DNA from: Calcarisporiella thermophila CBS 279.70
Lineage: Eukaryota > Fungi > Calcarisporiellomycota
Direction: 5' to 3'
Length of the DNA: 54,807 nucleotides
Assembly (NCBI RefSeq): GCF_041956535.1
Contig: NW_027192197.1
Span: 8,193 to 62,999 of the forward strand
In this document: piece by piece, positions 36,292 through 49,004 of the stretch
Numbering within the stretch: position 1 is the stretch's first letter
Layout of the letters: each line of letters opens with the position of its first letter
The notes under the pieces: generated by a model
What the model saw: the letters and a program-made list of their open reading frames with translations, nothing else
What the model was told of the DNA's origin: nothing
Databases searched by the model: none
Position numbers and translations under genes: made by a program

Positions 36292-37757
36292 ATGGGGTTT
36301 TCGGTCATTTCTTCGTGGGAACCGTAGGATTTAATCCTTCATGCATTTCTATTAGGGCATTTTTTCCCGTCGGGATCACCAGGTGCTTGTATTCGAAGAA
36401 GCTTTCCGTTACGTCCTTTGTACATCCAATCTTCTCACCGTCTCGAGTGGCCGGTGCACAGGCCCGCCTAAACTAGTATTGCACCAGAGACATGCCGGAG
36501 ATGCGTTTATCATCCTGGGAACGGCTGCGGGGGTTGCAACATTGGGCAGACGGCCCCTTGGAAGAATGCTCTTTCCAGGGGTGTTATACTGCGCCTATTG
36601 GTATATACGTCGGAAGCGGAAGCAGAATTTGCGAAAAATGGCATTAGGGAAAGCACAACAAGTGGTAGAGCAATGTCAACAACTGGAGGTCGTAGTGGAC
36701 AAGAGTTTGGGAATCGTGCGAAAGCTAGAAAGTGCTGCCAAGCATCAAAAGTATGCATTTATGTAAAGTATTTCTACCACAACGGCCCTTAATCTGATTT
36801 CTCCAAAACTGTAGCTTTTCCCTTTCGCCCGGCTCGTCACTCTCGTATTACTTTCTTTTCCCCTTACAGCGCCAGGTGTTTCTGCGCATGACGATTTTCC
36901 TCACGCTCCAGCGGTGGTATGCCGATTTCAACGCAGCACTTCGTGTCCTTGCCCCCTTCACTGACAAGAATTATTTGCGCCGTCTGCACAAAATTTATTC
37001 CCTTCCCTCGATCGATCCCACCCTGATCTCTTTCCTCCTTGAGCGCGGAATGGAGCCGGGTAATTTCAGTCATTTATTCTGGGTAGTAAAAGTGAAGCGT
37101 TGCGAATGCTTGTGCTCGTTTTTGGCCACAAAGACAGCAACTACAAAAGAGCAGGAAGATGAAGCGTGGGTCGTTCTGGTGGAAAGAATGAATATATTGA
37201 TTAATTCCATGCGAGAAATGCATGGCGCTCTGCAAGAAGCTAATGGCGAATGGGAAGAGCGGCTGGGTGAACTAGAAGAAGAGGAAAAGCAATATGGGCG
37301 CGTGTACGGGCAGAGTGCAATATCGTTAGATCAATTTATGAGAGATGTAGAGATGAAGTTGAAGAAATACGAAGAAGGTGAAGAATGGATTAGCGCAGGC
37401 TCTCGAGGTAAACCTTCTACTCTTTTTGCCACCCATTAGATACGCATTTGCTGATTCAAAATTGCAGATTTCGTGGATTCCTGGCCGGCCCACTTGGATT
37501 CCACGCAAAAACGAGACTCTCTCGGTGTTTCCTCATGCCATCAGGATGTCTTCCTGCGCAAAACCACCAACGCCTCTACGCTGGAGGAAGACATCGATGT
37601 CGATGGCAATGAAATCCCACTATTGTCTTGTGGTGCGAGCGAGAGCGACCCAGATTCATGTCGAACAACCATGTATATTTCGGACGGGACAATTCCATTA
37701 ATGAAGGAGTTTGCCTATGAGAAAAATAGGCGGGAATCTTTGACATTACTCCACTAA
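36292..37757 (+). CDS. Hypothetical membrane protein, possibly vezatin/myosin-binding family (multi-exon; ends approximate)
   Basis: FEEAFRYVLCTSNLL followed by two hydrophobic segments and coiled-coil-like sequence, resembling fungal vezatin-domain proteins; ORF pieces separated by GT..AG introns. Confidence 0.5.
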
Positions 37758-38357
37758 TTTTTCTTTATTAAAAAACCAGGCTGGACGGCTATTTAATTCT
37801 CTCTTTCTTCTCTCTACCTTCATAATGCGTTAAAGCATTCATCTCTCCTAGTTAATTCGCCACCCTATTTTACTATTTAACTATTCCCCTCATTATTACC
37901 TTAGTTGCCTAGTTATCATTCGTATCGTATAGTCTTGGCCTAATTGGAATTTGGGACCTGTAGATTTTACCTGAAATATATCGAGTATCATTATCTGAAA
38001 TTCCTCGTGAAAATTTCCTGACGCGTTTTCTTTATTTTGATTTTTCGCGACACAGGCCTTCACAGCTCTTATTTTATTTCAGTTCCCTGTCATTCAGAAG
38101 CGCACAGAGAGTAAATTAATTTTGGCACAGTGTAATAATCAATCTAGGAGGTATGTTCGCCAATTGCTTTAGTTCATGCGTTATCAGATATTGGATTGTT
38201 TTTAGGACCAATCTATGGCTTCCTTTTTGTCTTTGCTTTTTATATTGAGTTGAATTAGAGGAATTAAAGAATCGACGCTGGTATCACTCATCCTCCCCTC
38301 TGTTGGTTACTAGGTCATCAACTTGATAATTGTAATTAATCGTGGAAACTACGCGTC

Positions 38358-41346
38358 GTGATGTACGATTCACCGCACAAGCAATCTCCTGATAAACGGC
38401 CCTTTCTCTCCTCCCCTCTGCGTATGCGCAACGCCGCAAAAGCTGCAACGCTTACCTTCGATCCAGCTTCTATGCCACCCGTCAGTCCCATGCGAAACAG
38501 GGCATCAAATGTGCACGTGCACTTGAAAAGCGATGACTTGAGTGGTAATTCCTCTCTTATTTTTCCTAATCTTGCCAATATTTGGCTGACCCAGCTTGGT
38601 TTTTTTAAATTCTTTCCACGCGTAGATCTTCTGGAGAACGTATTAAAGTCTCCCCCATCACTGACTTTTTCACCCACAAAATCTCCCGCAAACCCCTCCC
38701 CCCAAAGGCTCTCTTTCCCCAAACTTAATATCCAATCCCCAACCCAAGCAAAGCTTGGGCCATCTCCCTATTCCCCTTCCTCGCCCAAAGTTGGGATGCT
38801 TACCGGCCCAGATGCAGTCCACCCTTCTGCCCTGTATCAAAACATAGCTATTGAGTCGGCCTCGCCTCTAGCCAGAGTGGATGGATATGGGTTGACTGGA
38901 TCGCCCTCTCCTGGATCCAGGCCGCTACTAAATCAATCTCCGTTGGCAGCCGGGTCACCGCTCAAAGGAAGATCATCAGTAGACTCTTTGGGGTTCCCCA
39001 AATCTCCTCTAGGGAAATCACCCTTAGGCAGAGGGGGTAAATCATCTCCTCTGGCGCCTATATCCCCATTAGCAAGCTCGCCACTAACTGCACGTAACCG
39101 ATCTCCACTTGGGCCTGGATCGGATCGAATCGTGCCCCGGATTTTGAGGTTCGATGTTGGCGAGGATGAACCGGAGATAGATCGTACTGTGCCTGATGAG
39201 GAGAAGGGTGTAGAGGGCTTTGGGGTCGGTTCTACGGAGAAGAAGGAGGAGCAGCAGCAGAGACTAGATGAAGCAGTAGATGAAATTGCAAAGGAAGAGA
39301 AAGAGCAAACCCTGATGATCGATGAAGCAGATCGTGATGCTATGAAGGATGGAATGATAATCGAAGGAGAGGTGGCTGAAGAGGAGAGTGAGGATGTATT
39401 CGGAGGGTCGAAGTTGGAAAATACGAGGGTGGAAGAGGTGGCTCTGGAGAAAACCTCTCATCCTGAAGAAAAGCCGAATACAGTTCAGGTAAAACATTCT
39501 CCATCTCTACCACTTTTAATGGAGGGCTCTGGCGATATTAAGCTTTTTTGTATCGATGGCTTCATAGGTGCCGAGATTTTATTTTCCCAGGGAACCCGAC
39601 CTTGAGGAAAAGTCAAGGCAGATCAATGATCTCTTGGTAAGGCCAATGTTCTCTTTCCTGAAGACATCTGCTATTTTTAAATCCTTATACCTTTAACGAT
39701 GGTCTTCTTATGTTCTCAACCCAGTCGGAAGTCCGGAATCTCTTCCGGGGCCGCAAGCTTAATGACGTCCAATTTATACAAGTCACAAAAGCATGCCGTC
39801 TCCCGCGCTATATCAGTTTTGCCCTCTTCCGAAAGATTGGCGACTTGTCAGGCAACACTACCGATTTCGTGACCTATCCTGATTTTGCACACGCTTGGCC
39901 CCAGATTGCTGCAGAGAGCATAGATGATGTTTCTCTCGTATTCAATATCCTTCGTCGTGGCCCCCATCTGACGCCGGATGATTTCCTTCCAGTGATGGAA
40001 GACATCGTATTCAACCATCCCGGGCTTGAGTTCCTAGGGGACAATGCAATATTTCAGGAGCGGTACGTGGAGACGGTGGTATGTCGAGTCTTCTATGAGG
40101 CGCGGTGCCCCTCCGAGCGAATGAATCTAATACAGTTCCGACGATGCGGATTTTTCGGAAAGCTGCGACGTCTCGAGCATGGCGACGACCTAAATATTGT
40201 AAGTGTGACCCTGTGGGGCATGCCCCTCCAGCCATGGGATTCCTCCCCGTATACGTGTGAATGGGCCTACTGACCAATCTATTCGTTTCCCATTGGATAA
40301 TCTTCTAGACTGGCGACTTTTTCTCGTACAAACATTTCTACGTCATCTACTGCAAGTTTTGGGAGCTAGATACCGACCATGATCTTCTCATTAGCGAGGA
40401 AGATCTCCGCCTCTATGGTGGCTGCTCTCTTACCCCACGAATAGTGAGACGCATTGCCACAGGATTTGGAAAGGGGGGGACTTTTTGTGGAGTGGGCGGA
40501 AAGGAAGAGGCCGAGATTACAAAGATGTCCTATTTGGATTTTGTCTGGTTCCTGCTCTCGGAGGTTGATAAGAGTACCCTCACGGCGATCGAATATTGGT
40601 TCCGGTGCATGGATGTGGACGGGGACGGAGTGCTGAGCATGTGGGAGCTGGAAATGTTTTTCGAGGAGCAGATGGCGCGGATGGAATTCATGGGGATGGA
40701 GGTGGTCAAGTTCGAGGACTGTTTGTGCCAGATGTAAGTTAGGGTTTTCTGGTGCTGCCATTTTTATTTGCTTTTGCCCGTGTGTCTATTTGTCAGTTTA
40801 TTTCCATGCTTGCCTGATGGCCTGCTTGCTTGCATGCTTCCTTGCTATGGTTCATTTCCCATATACTTATGAATCTGCCTATTTAGGATGGATCTCGTCA
40901 ACACAAAAGATCAGGTCACTTTGCGCGACCTGGTTCGCTGTAAACAAGCCGGCGTCTTCTTTGACATGTTCTTTAATCTTACGCGGTTTATGGCTCACGA
41001 GCATGCACACCACCATCGGCGACTGCGCAAACGGCAGCTGGCGACGGCTCGACGGCTGCGAGGCGAGCCCATTGACGAGGGGTACGAGAGCTTTGGAGAT
41101 GGCGAGACGATGAGGTAGGGAATATATCGCCTGCAACGCTTTTGCCAGAAAACCTCTGCTTGAAGGGTGGACTAACGCCTCTTTGCTTCTAGTGATTGGG
41201 AAATTTATGCGGAGATCGAGTACGACAATCTCGTTAGTAACAATGAAGCCGAGATCTCCTGGGAATTTGAGGGATGCGAGGAAGGGAAGGCTGAGGAGAG
41301 CGATGGGTACTATGACCAAGAGGGTGGCGATGTTTTTAGCGTGTGA
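38358..41346 (+). CDS. PP2A regulatory subunit B'' (PR72/PR130 family, EF-hand) with SP-rich N-terminus, multi-exon
   Basis: VPRFYFP; HPGLEFL..FQERYVETVVCRVFY; FFSYKHFYVIYCKFWELDTDHD; AIEYWFRCMDVDGDGVLS. Confidence 0.92.
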
Positions 41347-41988
41347 ATAACTTTGTTGGCGGACTCTATCGCCAACCCCCATTCGTCCATTGTCTATCGT
41401 ATATTACTCTATCCTAATTATTATTTTTTATTACCATGTATGTGATATATATCCATCCTCTTCCCTCCCCCTTATCATTCTCTCTCTCTTTCTCATCCTC
41501 GCAATCCATTCCCGCCTCCTTCTCTCCTCATTGTAAGCTGTTTCTGTCGAACATATGACCTCGATATTATTTCTTAACAAGTATATTTGATCCGAGCGGA
41601 TTAAGACCGTGGAGAAGAAATATATATATATATAAAGCGAAAAAGAAAAATAAAATAAGATCACGATGAAAACTAATGGAAGGGATGGAAAATAAGAAAA
41701 AATATACAAGATAGGAGAAAACGCCTCATTAGATTTTTATAAGGACTCCAATCGAGGTAGGAAGAGGAGAAAAAAAAAAAGATTACATACACCCTTAGAT
41801 TCGAGCTTCTGAGAAAATTAAAAAAGAGTATAAAAAGGGAAGTGAAGGGGGGGAAATGAAGAGGAGGGAAAAACAACATGAAGGGAAAATCCCTCCAAAA
41901 AAGTAGGGAGAAAATAAAAGCCTATATCAGAGAGCCTACTATTCAATAGTAACGTCTCCCATACACAACCCAAACATGCGACAGAGTC

Positions 41989-42641
41989 TTATGCCTCTTG
42001 GTAAAAGTGCCTCAAATAGACCTCGGCTTGCTTGTATTCACGCTTCACCTGCTTGAGCAGATTGGTCACTAGCTGCAGCGCCTCCTGTTCTCCAATGGTG
42101 GTGGTGCCGGTAGCGTCTTTGAGGTTGCCGTTGTGCTGGATCTTTTCACAGCTAGCCTTGACCTTGGTCAGTCCTAGTGCGGCCGAGCTTCCCTTGAGGA
42201 AGTGCCCTAGGCGCGAGAGCGCCTCAAGGTCCTTTTTCTCCCTGGACAGAGCAAAGAAGGAAGATAGAAAAATTGGGGTCAACCAAGGGCCAAAGGGGAA
42301 TGCAAATGCAAAGCAACATACAGTGAATTGTCCATATCCTTGAAGGTAGCTTGAGCCTGATCGAAGTAGTCCCACACGATGCTTTTGCTAAAGTCGCGCT
42401 CGTCGTCATCGTCCATCTCCAGGAGTTGATCGAATGTGGTCCGGTCGATTATGTCTTCATCGCCGCCTCCATCCAAATCACTCGCTTCATCGAACTCTTG
42501 GGTCTTGGGGTCCTTTTCGCTCTCAGACAAGTGCTGAAACTAGACGAGCAGGGGGAGGGGTTGAGAATACGGCCCTGAACATTCCAAAGAGGGAGGCATA
42601 GGCAGAATGCAGGGTACTTACCGCAGCTTGGACAGAGCCAT
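41989..42641 (-). CDS. YPD1: Histidine phosphotransfer (HPt) protein, 3 exons
   Basis: IDRTTFDQLLEMDDDDERDFSKSIVWDYFDQA..LSRLGHFLKGSSAALGLTKVKASCEKIQH. Confidence 0.95.
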
Positions 42642-44757
42642 GTTCAGATATTGATGTCATCGTGGAGCTTGCTTACCGAGCTGTTATTGGAGTGACTGTT
42701 GGGATTTCCCTCTTCCAAGAGAATAGCTCAACAGAGCGAGGGGGAGGGGTAGGGGGAGATTAATGAAGAAAATGGAAAATAAGGCAGGAAAAGAAAAATA
42801 AAGATAGAAATAGAGTTTGAAAGCGCAATGCTCAAAACCTCCTTTTCTTAACACGAATGTTAAAAAACAAACTTTGACAGAAAACGAGAAACGCGGAGAA
42901 ACAGCCAAAAGAGAAAACTGAGGACACCCAAGTGAGCCTTTCAAGACGTTTTGAAACAGGGAATCAACAAAAGAAGGATTGAGCGATGAGAGCGTCTGTG
43001 TAAAACGGATGAAAAAAATATACATGCCCGGTGACATCATGGCTGCTCTTAAGCAGGGAGGCTTCAGACGCGCCTTCAGAAAAGCCATCAAAGTCAGAAA
43101 TCGAAAGGGCAAAAGGGTGAAACAACCAATATCGAGAATGACAGCCCAGTTTTCCATGTTCATCCTAGACGGTGAGAAGGTACAAAAATTCGATTTAGAA
43201 ACGGAGAGTTCTTCTATTTTTCCCTTAGGATGGAGAGCTCGGGCGCGGCTCTATGAGCACTCCCAGCATAGGAGGAAGGCACGCGGAAGAGCCCAGCCGA
43301 AGCCAATATACCCCAACCACCTAACCTAAGCTCCCTTCTCATAAGCCGTGGGGCTTTCTACGGGCTGCGTGATCCCCCGCGAGTTGACGGCGAAAGGCAG
43401 AGAAACATAAAATAGATAAACAAAACAATATGCGGGCTGTTTCAACAGCGGGAGGGCTCCTTTCCCATCCGCAGCTTCACCGGGTAAACAAGAAAAATGC
43501 CTCAGGCCATTGTGCATAGCCTCATTCCCCCTCATGCTTCCCATAAGAGGCCTTGCTGCTTACTGCATCTTGGTTTGGGCCTATGGCCACTTCCGGGTCC
43601 AGGGTGTCGCAAGCTACCAAGTTTGTGCACAAGGTTCAATGGAATCGTTATGGATCGAATCTCCAGTGCTAAATCTCATGGTTTCACTGGCTGAGACTGA
43701 ATCCGATTTGGACTGGACTCGTCTCATAGATCGCCGATAGGCCACATTCTAGGGTTGGACGGCGCAGTCTGAGGCACTCTAGGGCAAACTAGGCTACTTG
43801 TTTCTTTTCAGGTCAAGATTAAGTCTGTCTCTATTGAATTCTCTGGCCAGCCACTTCAACGTAGTCGATGCATCTCAACGTTCGTCATGGCTTACTCTAC
43901 TGATTAATGACTCAAACCCTATTGAGCTGAAACCTCCGGCGCCATTTCTTGAGCCTTAGGGATGAATTGGCAGTCTTAACTTTTCTGCGCCTGATGGCTC
44001 TATAGACTTTGTCACGAAACTTCCGCGTACGGCATTGTCACGATGCGATTCTGATGATAGCAGACAGACTAACATAAGGCGCTATGTATCCATCTGCACT
44101 TTCTGCCTGTTCACACATCCTCCCAATTGACGGAACAATGCGGTTGACTATTCAAACTCCAACATCGCCATGATCATTCCTTCGATCGGAAAAAAAGTGT
44201 GCGTGTTTGGTATGCTTATCTACTCTGACCAGAATCGCATCAAGGCCATCTGGAGTGCGTGGGAGTTTCGTAAAGTCCATGGAGGCTTTTTCGCTTTCCC
44301 TTGCTTGGTATGCGTAGGGAGAAAGGGGACTTTTATGGTCTCAGAGTTACAATTATTGCAATGCCATTGGTGCCGCACACTAGAGGCACTTTTTTCCAGG
44401 TTGATGAATGAGCTTAGAAAAGTATCGATTCAGTGTGCCAGGAATTTCACTTAAAACAACGCAGTTAAAGCTCAAAAATTGGTCAGCAGCCATGGCCTTC
44501 CTAGTGTCTCCACCGGTTGTGATTTCATATGAGCCAAAAATATGTTTATTATTTTTTCGAATCTTCCTTGAATACAGTTTTCCTGTTTGCACCTGACCAG
44601 GAAGATGAAAGCACCGCAGCCTCGATACAATAAGTCTGACGAACATCGCTTGGAGAATCTGGGTATAAATTAGCAAGTACGTTCTATCTATCCACCCTAA
44701 GCTACACTGGATTAATTTGCAGTTGCAGTATGTACGGATTGAATTGCACCGGCAACT

Positions 44758-46221
44758 TCAAAATAAAAATAAAATTTGCCCGGCTAGCGCAGCTGTGGCT
44801 ATTAACATGATGGAGATTAATCGATGTTTAAATGTATACAAAGCACCAAGAGCCATAAGAAAGATGATAGCGGAGAGTGAGCTGTATACACCGGAATCAA
44901 GTGGAGTATTTGAGCTAACACGATTAACAGATACAAGAGTGTTAGGATGGATAAGGATCGCAGACTTTGCCAAATCCGCGGCAGAAATGCCAATTATCCC
45001 CACGATAGCGGCCGTAATCCCCTCGAAAAAGGAGGAAAGGAATGTATTGTTCGCCAGCTTCTCGAGAAGGCGATGGCCCATCAACGTGAGAAGGAAGCAC
45101 GGGATAAAGATTCCAACCGTCATTAAAATCGCACCGGCAAAAGCAGTCCCCAAGCCGCCATGCACCTGTCCTCCCTGGAATCCAATGAAGGTGGAGAAGA
45201 TGACAAGGGGAGCGGGAAGCACATTGGCTAAGGCAATTCCATCCAAGAACACCTTTTCGCTAAGCCAAGCCCCTCGAATGACGGCTTCCGCTTGCACAAA
45301 GGGGATAGCAGTGTAGGCGCCTCCGAATGAGAGCGAGCCAGCCACCAGTCCTAGCGCAAACAGGTTGCCGAGGTCGGGCGTGGGGGTGATTCCGAGGGCA
45401 ATGGACACGGGCGAAGGAAACCCTTTGAAAACCACGTAGAGTATGAAGCCCACATACTGGAGCACAATGAGCGCAGCTGCGATCCAATAGAAGCGACGGC
45501 TCCAAAGCATGTAAAAGATCCCCAGCACTCCTAGGGTAATAAAGAAATTGATGCGAAGCACTGACTGTAATGCGGAGAGAAAGGCCAGAAAGAGGAGTGC
45601 GTTGTCGAACGCATTTGTTTTCGATGAGATGAACGAGTGGTCGGCGATCTTGTGCACTGCTCGAACCACCATAGCGGCGGCGACGGGTTTTAACGCTATG
45701 AACGATGCAGTGAAGTAGGGATTTTCAACCGTTCCAAGGGTATATAAATAACTGAGCGCCAGCATAAGTATAAAGCCCGGGAGCAAAAAGCCCAGACCGG
45801 CAAGGAATCCTCCAAACCAACCCCCTGCCAAACTACCAAAATACATGCAAAGCTCAGCCGCTTCCGGACCCGGAATCATCTGATAGATCCCGTATGCTCT
45901 ATTGTAGCGGCTAACGGAAATCCACTTGTCCCGAATCACTAGCTTATCCTTCAATAGCGCAATCTGAGCAATAGGACCTCCCCACGCATGAATACCGAAT
46001 TCAAACAGAAAGAGGCGGAATATTTGTGCGTAAGAGAGATGAGGGATGTTGGTCTCATCTTTGAGCTGCTCCGAAGAACTGGTCTCACCATCTGATGCAG
46101 TTTTCTCTACCCCTTCAGGGATAGAAACTCTTACCCCATCCCCACTTTCCCCAGCATTGGGCCCAGCGACGGTTACTGTGTCACTTAATATGCCAGAATT
46201 GTTGTTAGCTAGCGATGTCAT
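44758..46221 (-). CDS. chrA: Long-chain chromate ion transporter (CHR family), intronless
   Basis: AWGGPIAQI, QMIPGPEAAEL, SFGGAYTAIPF and LPAPLVIFSTF CHR motifs; likely start 46221 because a TATA-like element at ~46298-46306 lies downstream of the ORF-track ATG at 46323. Confidence 0.9.
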   Translation of the reverse strand: MTSLANNNSGILSDTVTVAGPNAGESGDGVRVSIPEGVEKTASDGETSSSEQLKDETNIPHLSYAQIFRLFLFEFGIHAWGGPIAQIALLKDKLVIRDKWISVSRYNRAYGIYQMIPGPEAAELCMYFGSLAGGWFGGFLAGLGFLLPGFILMLALSYLYTLGTVENPYFTASFIALKPVAAAMVVRAVHKIADHSFISSKTNAFDNALLFLAFLSALQSVLRINFFITLGVLGIFYMLWSRRFYWIAAALIVLQYVGFILYVVFKGFPSPVSIALGITPTPDLGNLFALGLVAGSLSFGGAYTAIPFVQAEAVIRGAWLSEKVFLDGIALANVLPAPLVIFSTFIGFQGGQVHGGLGTAFAGAILMTVGIFIPCFLLTLMGHRLLEKLANNTFLSSFFEGITAAIVGIIGISAADLAKSAILIHPNTLVSVNRVSSNTPLDSGVYSSLSAIIFLMALGALYTFKHRLISIMLIATAALAGQILFLF

Positions 46222-46796
46222 AGTCTCCTCCGTTCGCTTTCGCACGTGGTTGAGGGTGACAGTCGCGTTTTGAGGAAATCTGCACGAATTTCGATGACTA
46301 TTTATAGTAGACCGGATAGCCATTATGGTGGTGGCTTGTTAGTTTTGATCTGCTTGGATAGTGGCGGTTTTTAGACCAGTCAATGCCCGTCTTCGTTAGT
46401 AGTGAGCACAAAATCCTGGAAAGCACGCAATCCAAAGTATTCTTTCTATCAAGGATTCAAGCTCAAGGCAGAAAATAGGTGGTTTGAAAGGCTTTGATAA
46501 AAACTATTTGATTTCGCGTCACAATCGAGAATAATGTCTATCTTTAATTTAATATGCCCTAACGAGGTTACAAATATATCCTAATCTTAATTGTTTTGGC
46601 CTCTGCGATGAATCAATCCTGGTCAACATCTAAACAGGGCTACGCACGATTGATTTGTTAATTTTGACGGTTTTGTTTACAAACAATGATGGCATTTCTG
46701 CTTTTAAATGCGCTAGTAGCCACTGCTGACATCATGTTCCCACCGTTTCTTTCAGTCTCCGAATGAAGCCTATTGTAACCTTTCGGAGCAAAAAAG

Positions 46797-46868
46797 TGGG
46801 ACGTGAGAGACTCGAACTCCCAACCTTCCGCTCTGGAGGCGGACGCGCTACCATTGCGCCAACGCCCC
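46797..46868 (-). tRNA. tRNA-Trp(CCA)
   Basis: GGGGCGT/ACGTCCC acceptor, TCCGC-ctCCAga-GCGGA anticodon arm, GTTCGAGTC T loop, T6 terminator. Confidence 0.95.
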
Positions 46869-46914
46869 AATCTTGCGCTGTTCATGAGGTATATCTGTTG
46901 GGATTATTGTGTCA

Positions 46915-47100
46915 AAACTAACCAGTGTAGCCAGCTAAGCCACAAAATATCTCTATTCTTATCTTCTCAATCATCAGGTACAACCAACAATATGAGGACA
47001 TCGCATTCCGGTTTGTCTTATAAACAGATCTACTTATAGCAATCAAAGGACAATGGATACTGGCACAGAGAAAAAAAGATGAAGAAAGTTTTAAGCAGAA
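46915..47100 (+). mobile_element. Degenerate non-LTR ORF2 C-terminal fragment (family F) just upstream of tRNA-Trp; ends approximate
   Basis: ATGAGGACATCGCATTC..ATAGCAATCAAAG..AATGGATAC matches the reverse complement of 50730-50840. Confidence 0.65.
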
Positions 47101-47892
47101 ATGAGGAAAGAGCACGATAATCCTGATCCATGGCAGCCAAGAGGTGGCTTTCGATCTCGAGGAAGCAACTATATAGGATTCAATAAATAATCCATAACTA
47201 AAAAAAAGCCACAAGTTATTCGAGACCTAGTTGTTTAGGGGCACCAGAGCCAAACTACTAGGTTGCGGGTTCAATCCTAGCTGACGATACCCTCTCAAGA
47301 GAGTTTGCCAAGTTTTTCTCAGAGATCAATGCTTATTAATAGTATAGCAATAATCAAGGAATAACATGCGACTACGAAATTAAGCAGCAATCATTCTCAG
47401 AGAAAATTCAATTACAAAAATGGGAGGCTAGCATTCATGTAATTCATGTGTAATTATGACGTATAAACTTACCATTCTAATTCCCTCAGATAAAAATTAC
47501 AAAGTAGAGGTAGAAAAATTACCTCGTGGATAATCTCAAGAGGTTGGTTTGGTATGCTTTTGGTCTTTGATTCATTAGCAGTAACATAGGGCTTCTTTAT
47601 TTCTATACTAAAAACAGTGCAGATTTATTTTTAAACACAATGCTAGCTAATAATATATAATAAATCGTTATAAATGATCTATGACTAACTAACGAGGTAA
47701 TATGTGCTTTAGTATCAGGAATAATACTAAGCAGCTCTTGACTTTCAAATTTAGTATACTCTATTTAGGCTTTGATAAAATCAAATCAATGTTTAATGCT
47801 TGTTGAAATATATTGCCACAAGCGCTTGCAATGACAATTGGGCCAGCAACTGGATATCTACTAAGGATCGGGCATTCAAATGAAATATCTAT

Positions 47893-48420
47893 TTAAATAT
47901 CTCCTGTATTCCCTCCCGGAACACCCTCTGGGTCTCCACCTGGAATTCGGCCTGGCTCTTCTTCTAGAGTATTTTCTGGACTAACTTCTTGCATACATTC
48001 TTGTGAGCTATTCCCTCCCGGAGCACCCTTTGGGTTTCCACCTGGAGTACGGCCTGGACCTTCTCCTAGAGTATTTACTGAGCTAACTTCTTGCATACAT
48101 TCTTGTGAACTACCCGCAGTATTTTCTTGATTTTTGCTTTGAGTAGGTGCTCGAGAAAACCCAAAAATTCCTCTTCCAAGAAAGGGAAATGGTGAAAATG
48201 GGAAAAGAAACGAACCTGTCCCAGCAGGGGGTTCCAAGGGAGCGTCGGAAGTAGAGCTTAAAATACCCGTGTTCACGTTTGTGTTTGCACTTGAATCTCC
48301 ATTGGAGCTAACACCTGACGCCTTACATGATTTTGACGAAGATGCACCCTGCTGTCCGATCGGGAGAGCCAAACTCATGGAAGACAAAGCAAGGGCAGTG
48401 GCAAAGAGAGAGAATCGCAT
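47893..48420 (-). CDS. Small secreted protein (175 aa) with a 34-aa tandem duplication
   Basis: Signal peptide MRFSLFATALALSSMSLALP; two copies of SSQECMQEVS..NTL.E.PGR.PGG.P.G.PGGN; TATA-like element at ~48500. Confidence 0.8.
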   Translation of the reverse strand: MRFSLFATALALSSMSLALPIGQQGASSSKSCKASGVSSNGDSSANTNVNTGILSSTSDAPLEPPAGTGSFLFPFSPFPFLGRGIFGFSRAPTQSKNQENTAGSSQECMQEVSSVNTLGEGPGRTPGGNPKGAPGGNSSQECMQEVSPENTLEEEPGRIPGGDPEGVPGGNTGDI

Positions 48421-49004
48421 GGTGATATTTTGTTCAAAGATATTGGATAAATAATACGAAAAACTTGATGGTTGAAAATTTGTTAGAAGTGTTCTTGGGT
48501 ATTTATAGTGTATTGTGTTCTACAGTAAAGTGCTTTCCTACCAATTCCATTCATCAACTTATCGACAAATTTGGAATCCTCTCCACATTTGGGTTTCTCC
48601 TCAAAATAGAGAGGATTGATAAGGGATATTTCGTGATGATATCAGGGTAGCTTGCCTACATTTCTCGGCATATCTCAAAAGGGCATACCGCCAAAGATTT
48701 TCGGCCATCACACAACATATAAGAATCCTCTTCTCATAGAGAGGGACAAAATTGAACATAGGCTATATCCATTTATATTTTATTGTACTGTAAATACTTC
48801 TTAATAGAAAAATAATATGCACGAGCGGAGCCACTATGAAAAAAGGAGTGGATTTACTTTTCTTTTTGGTTCACGCACTGCCCTTGTTATAAATGCTACT
48901 TCTTTCATACTATGGCTATTTAAATATTCTTTTTGGAAAAATTCTTTTGGTGAATAATTTAGCAGTTTGATATATTACCATAAAATGTTCATTTTTCGTT
49001 TTAT

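Noticed and set aside
42684-44700. ORFs in the long region upstream of YPD1
   Set aside because: Low-complexity or UTR-like, no recognisable domain or consistent exon structure.
5415-46273. Many long antisense or overlapping ORFs in GC-rich genes (e.g. 5415-6053, 29401-29865, 44717-45316)
   Set aside because: Shadow frames of recognised genes with no independent motifs.
47225-47290. Possible tRNA or SINE head (GGTTCAATCC B-box-like)
   Set aside because: No convincing cloverleaf, tail or second copy.
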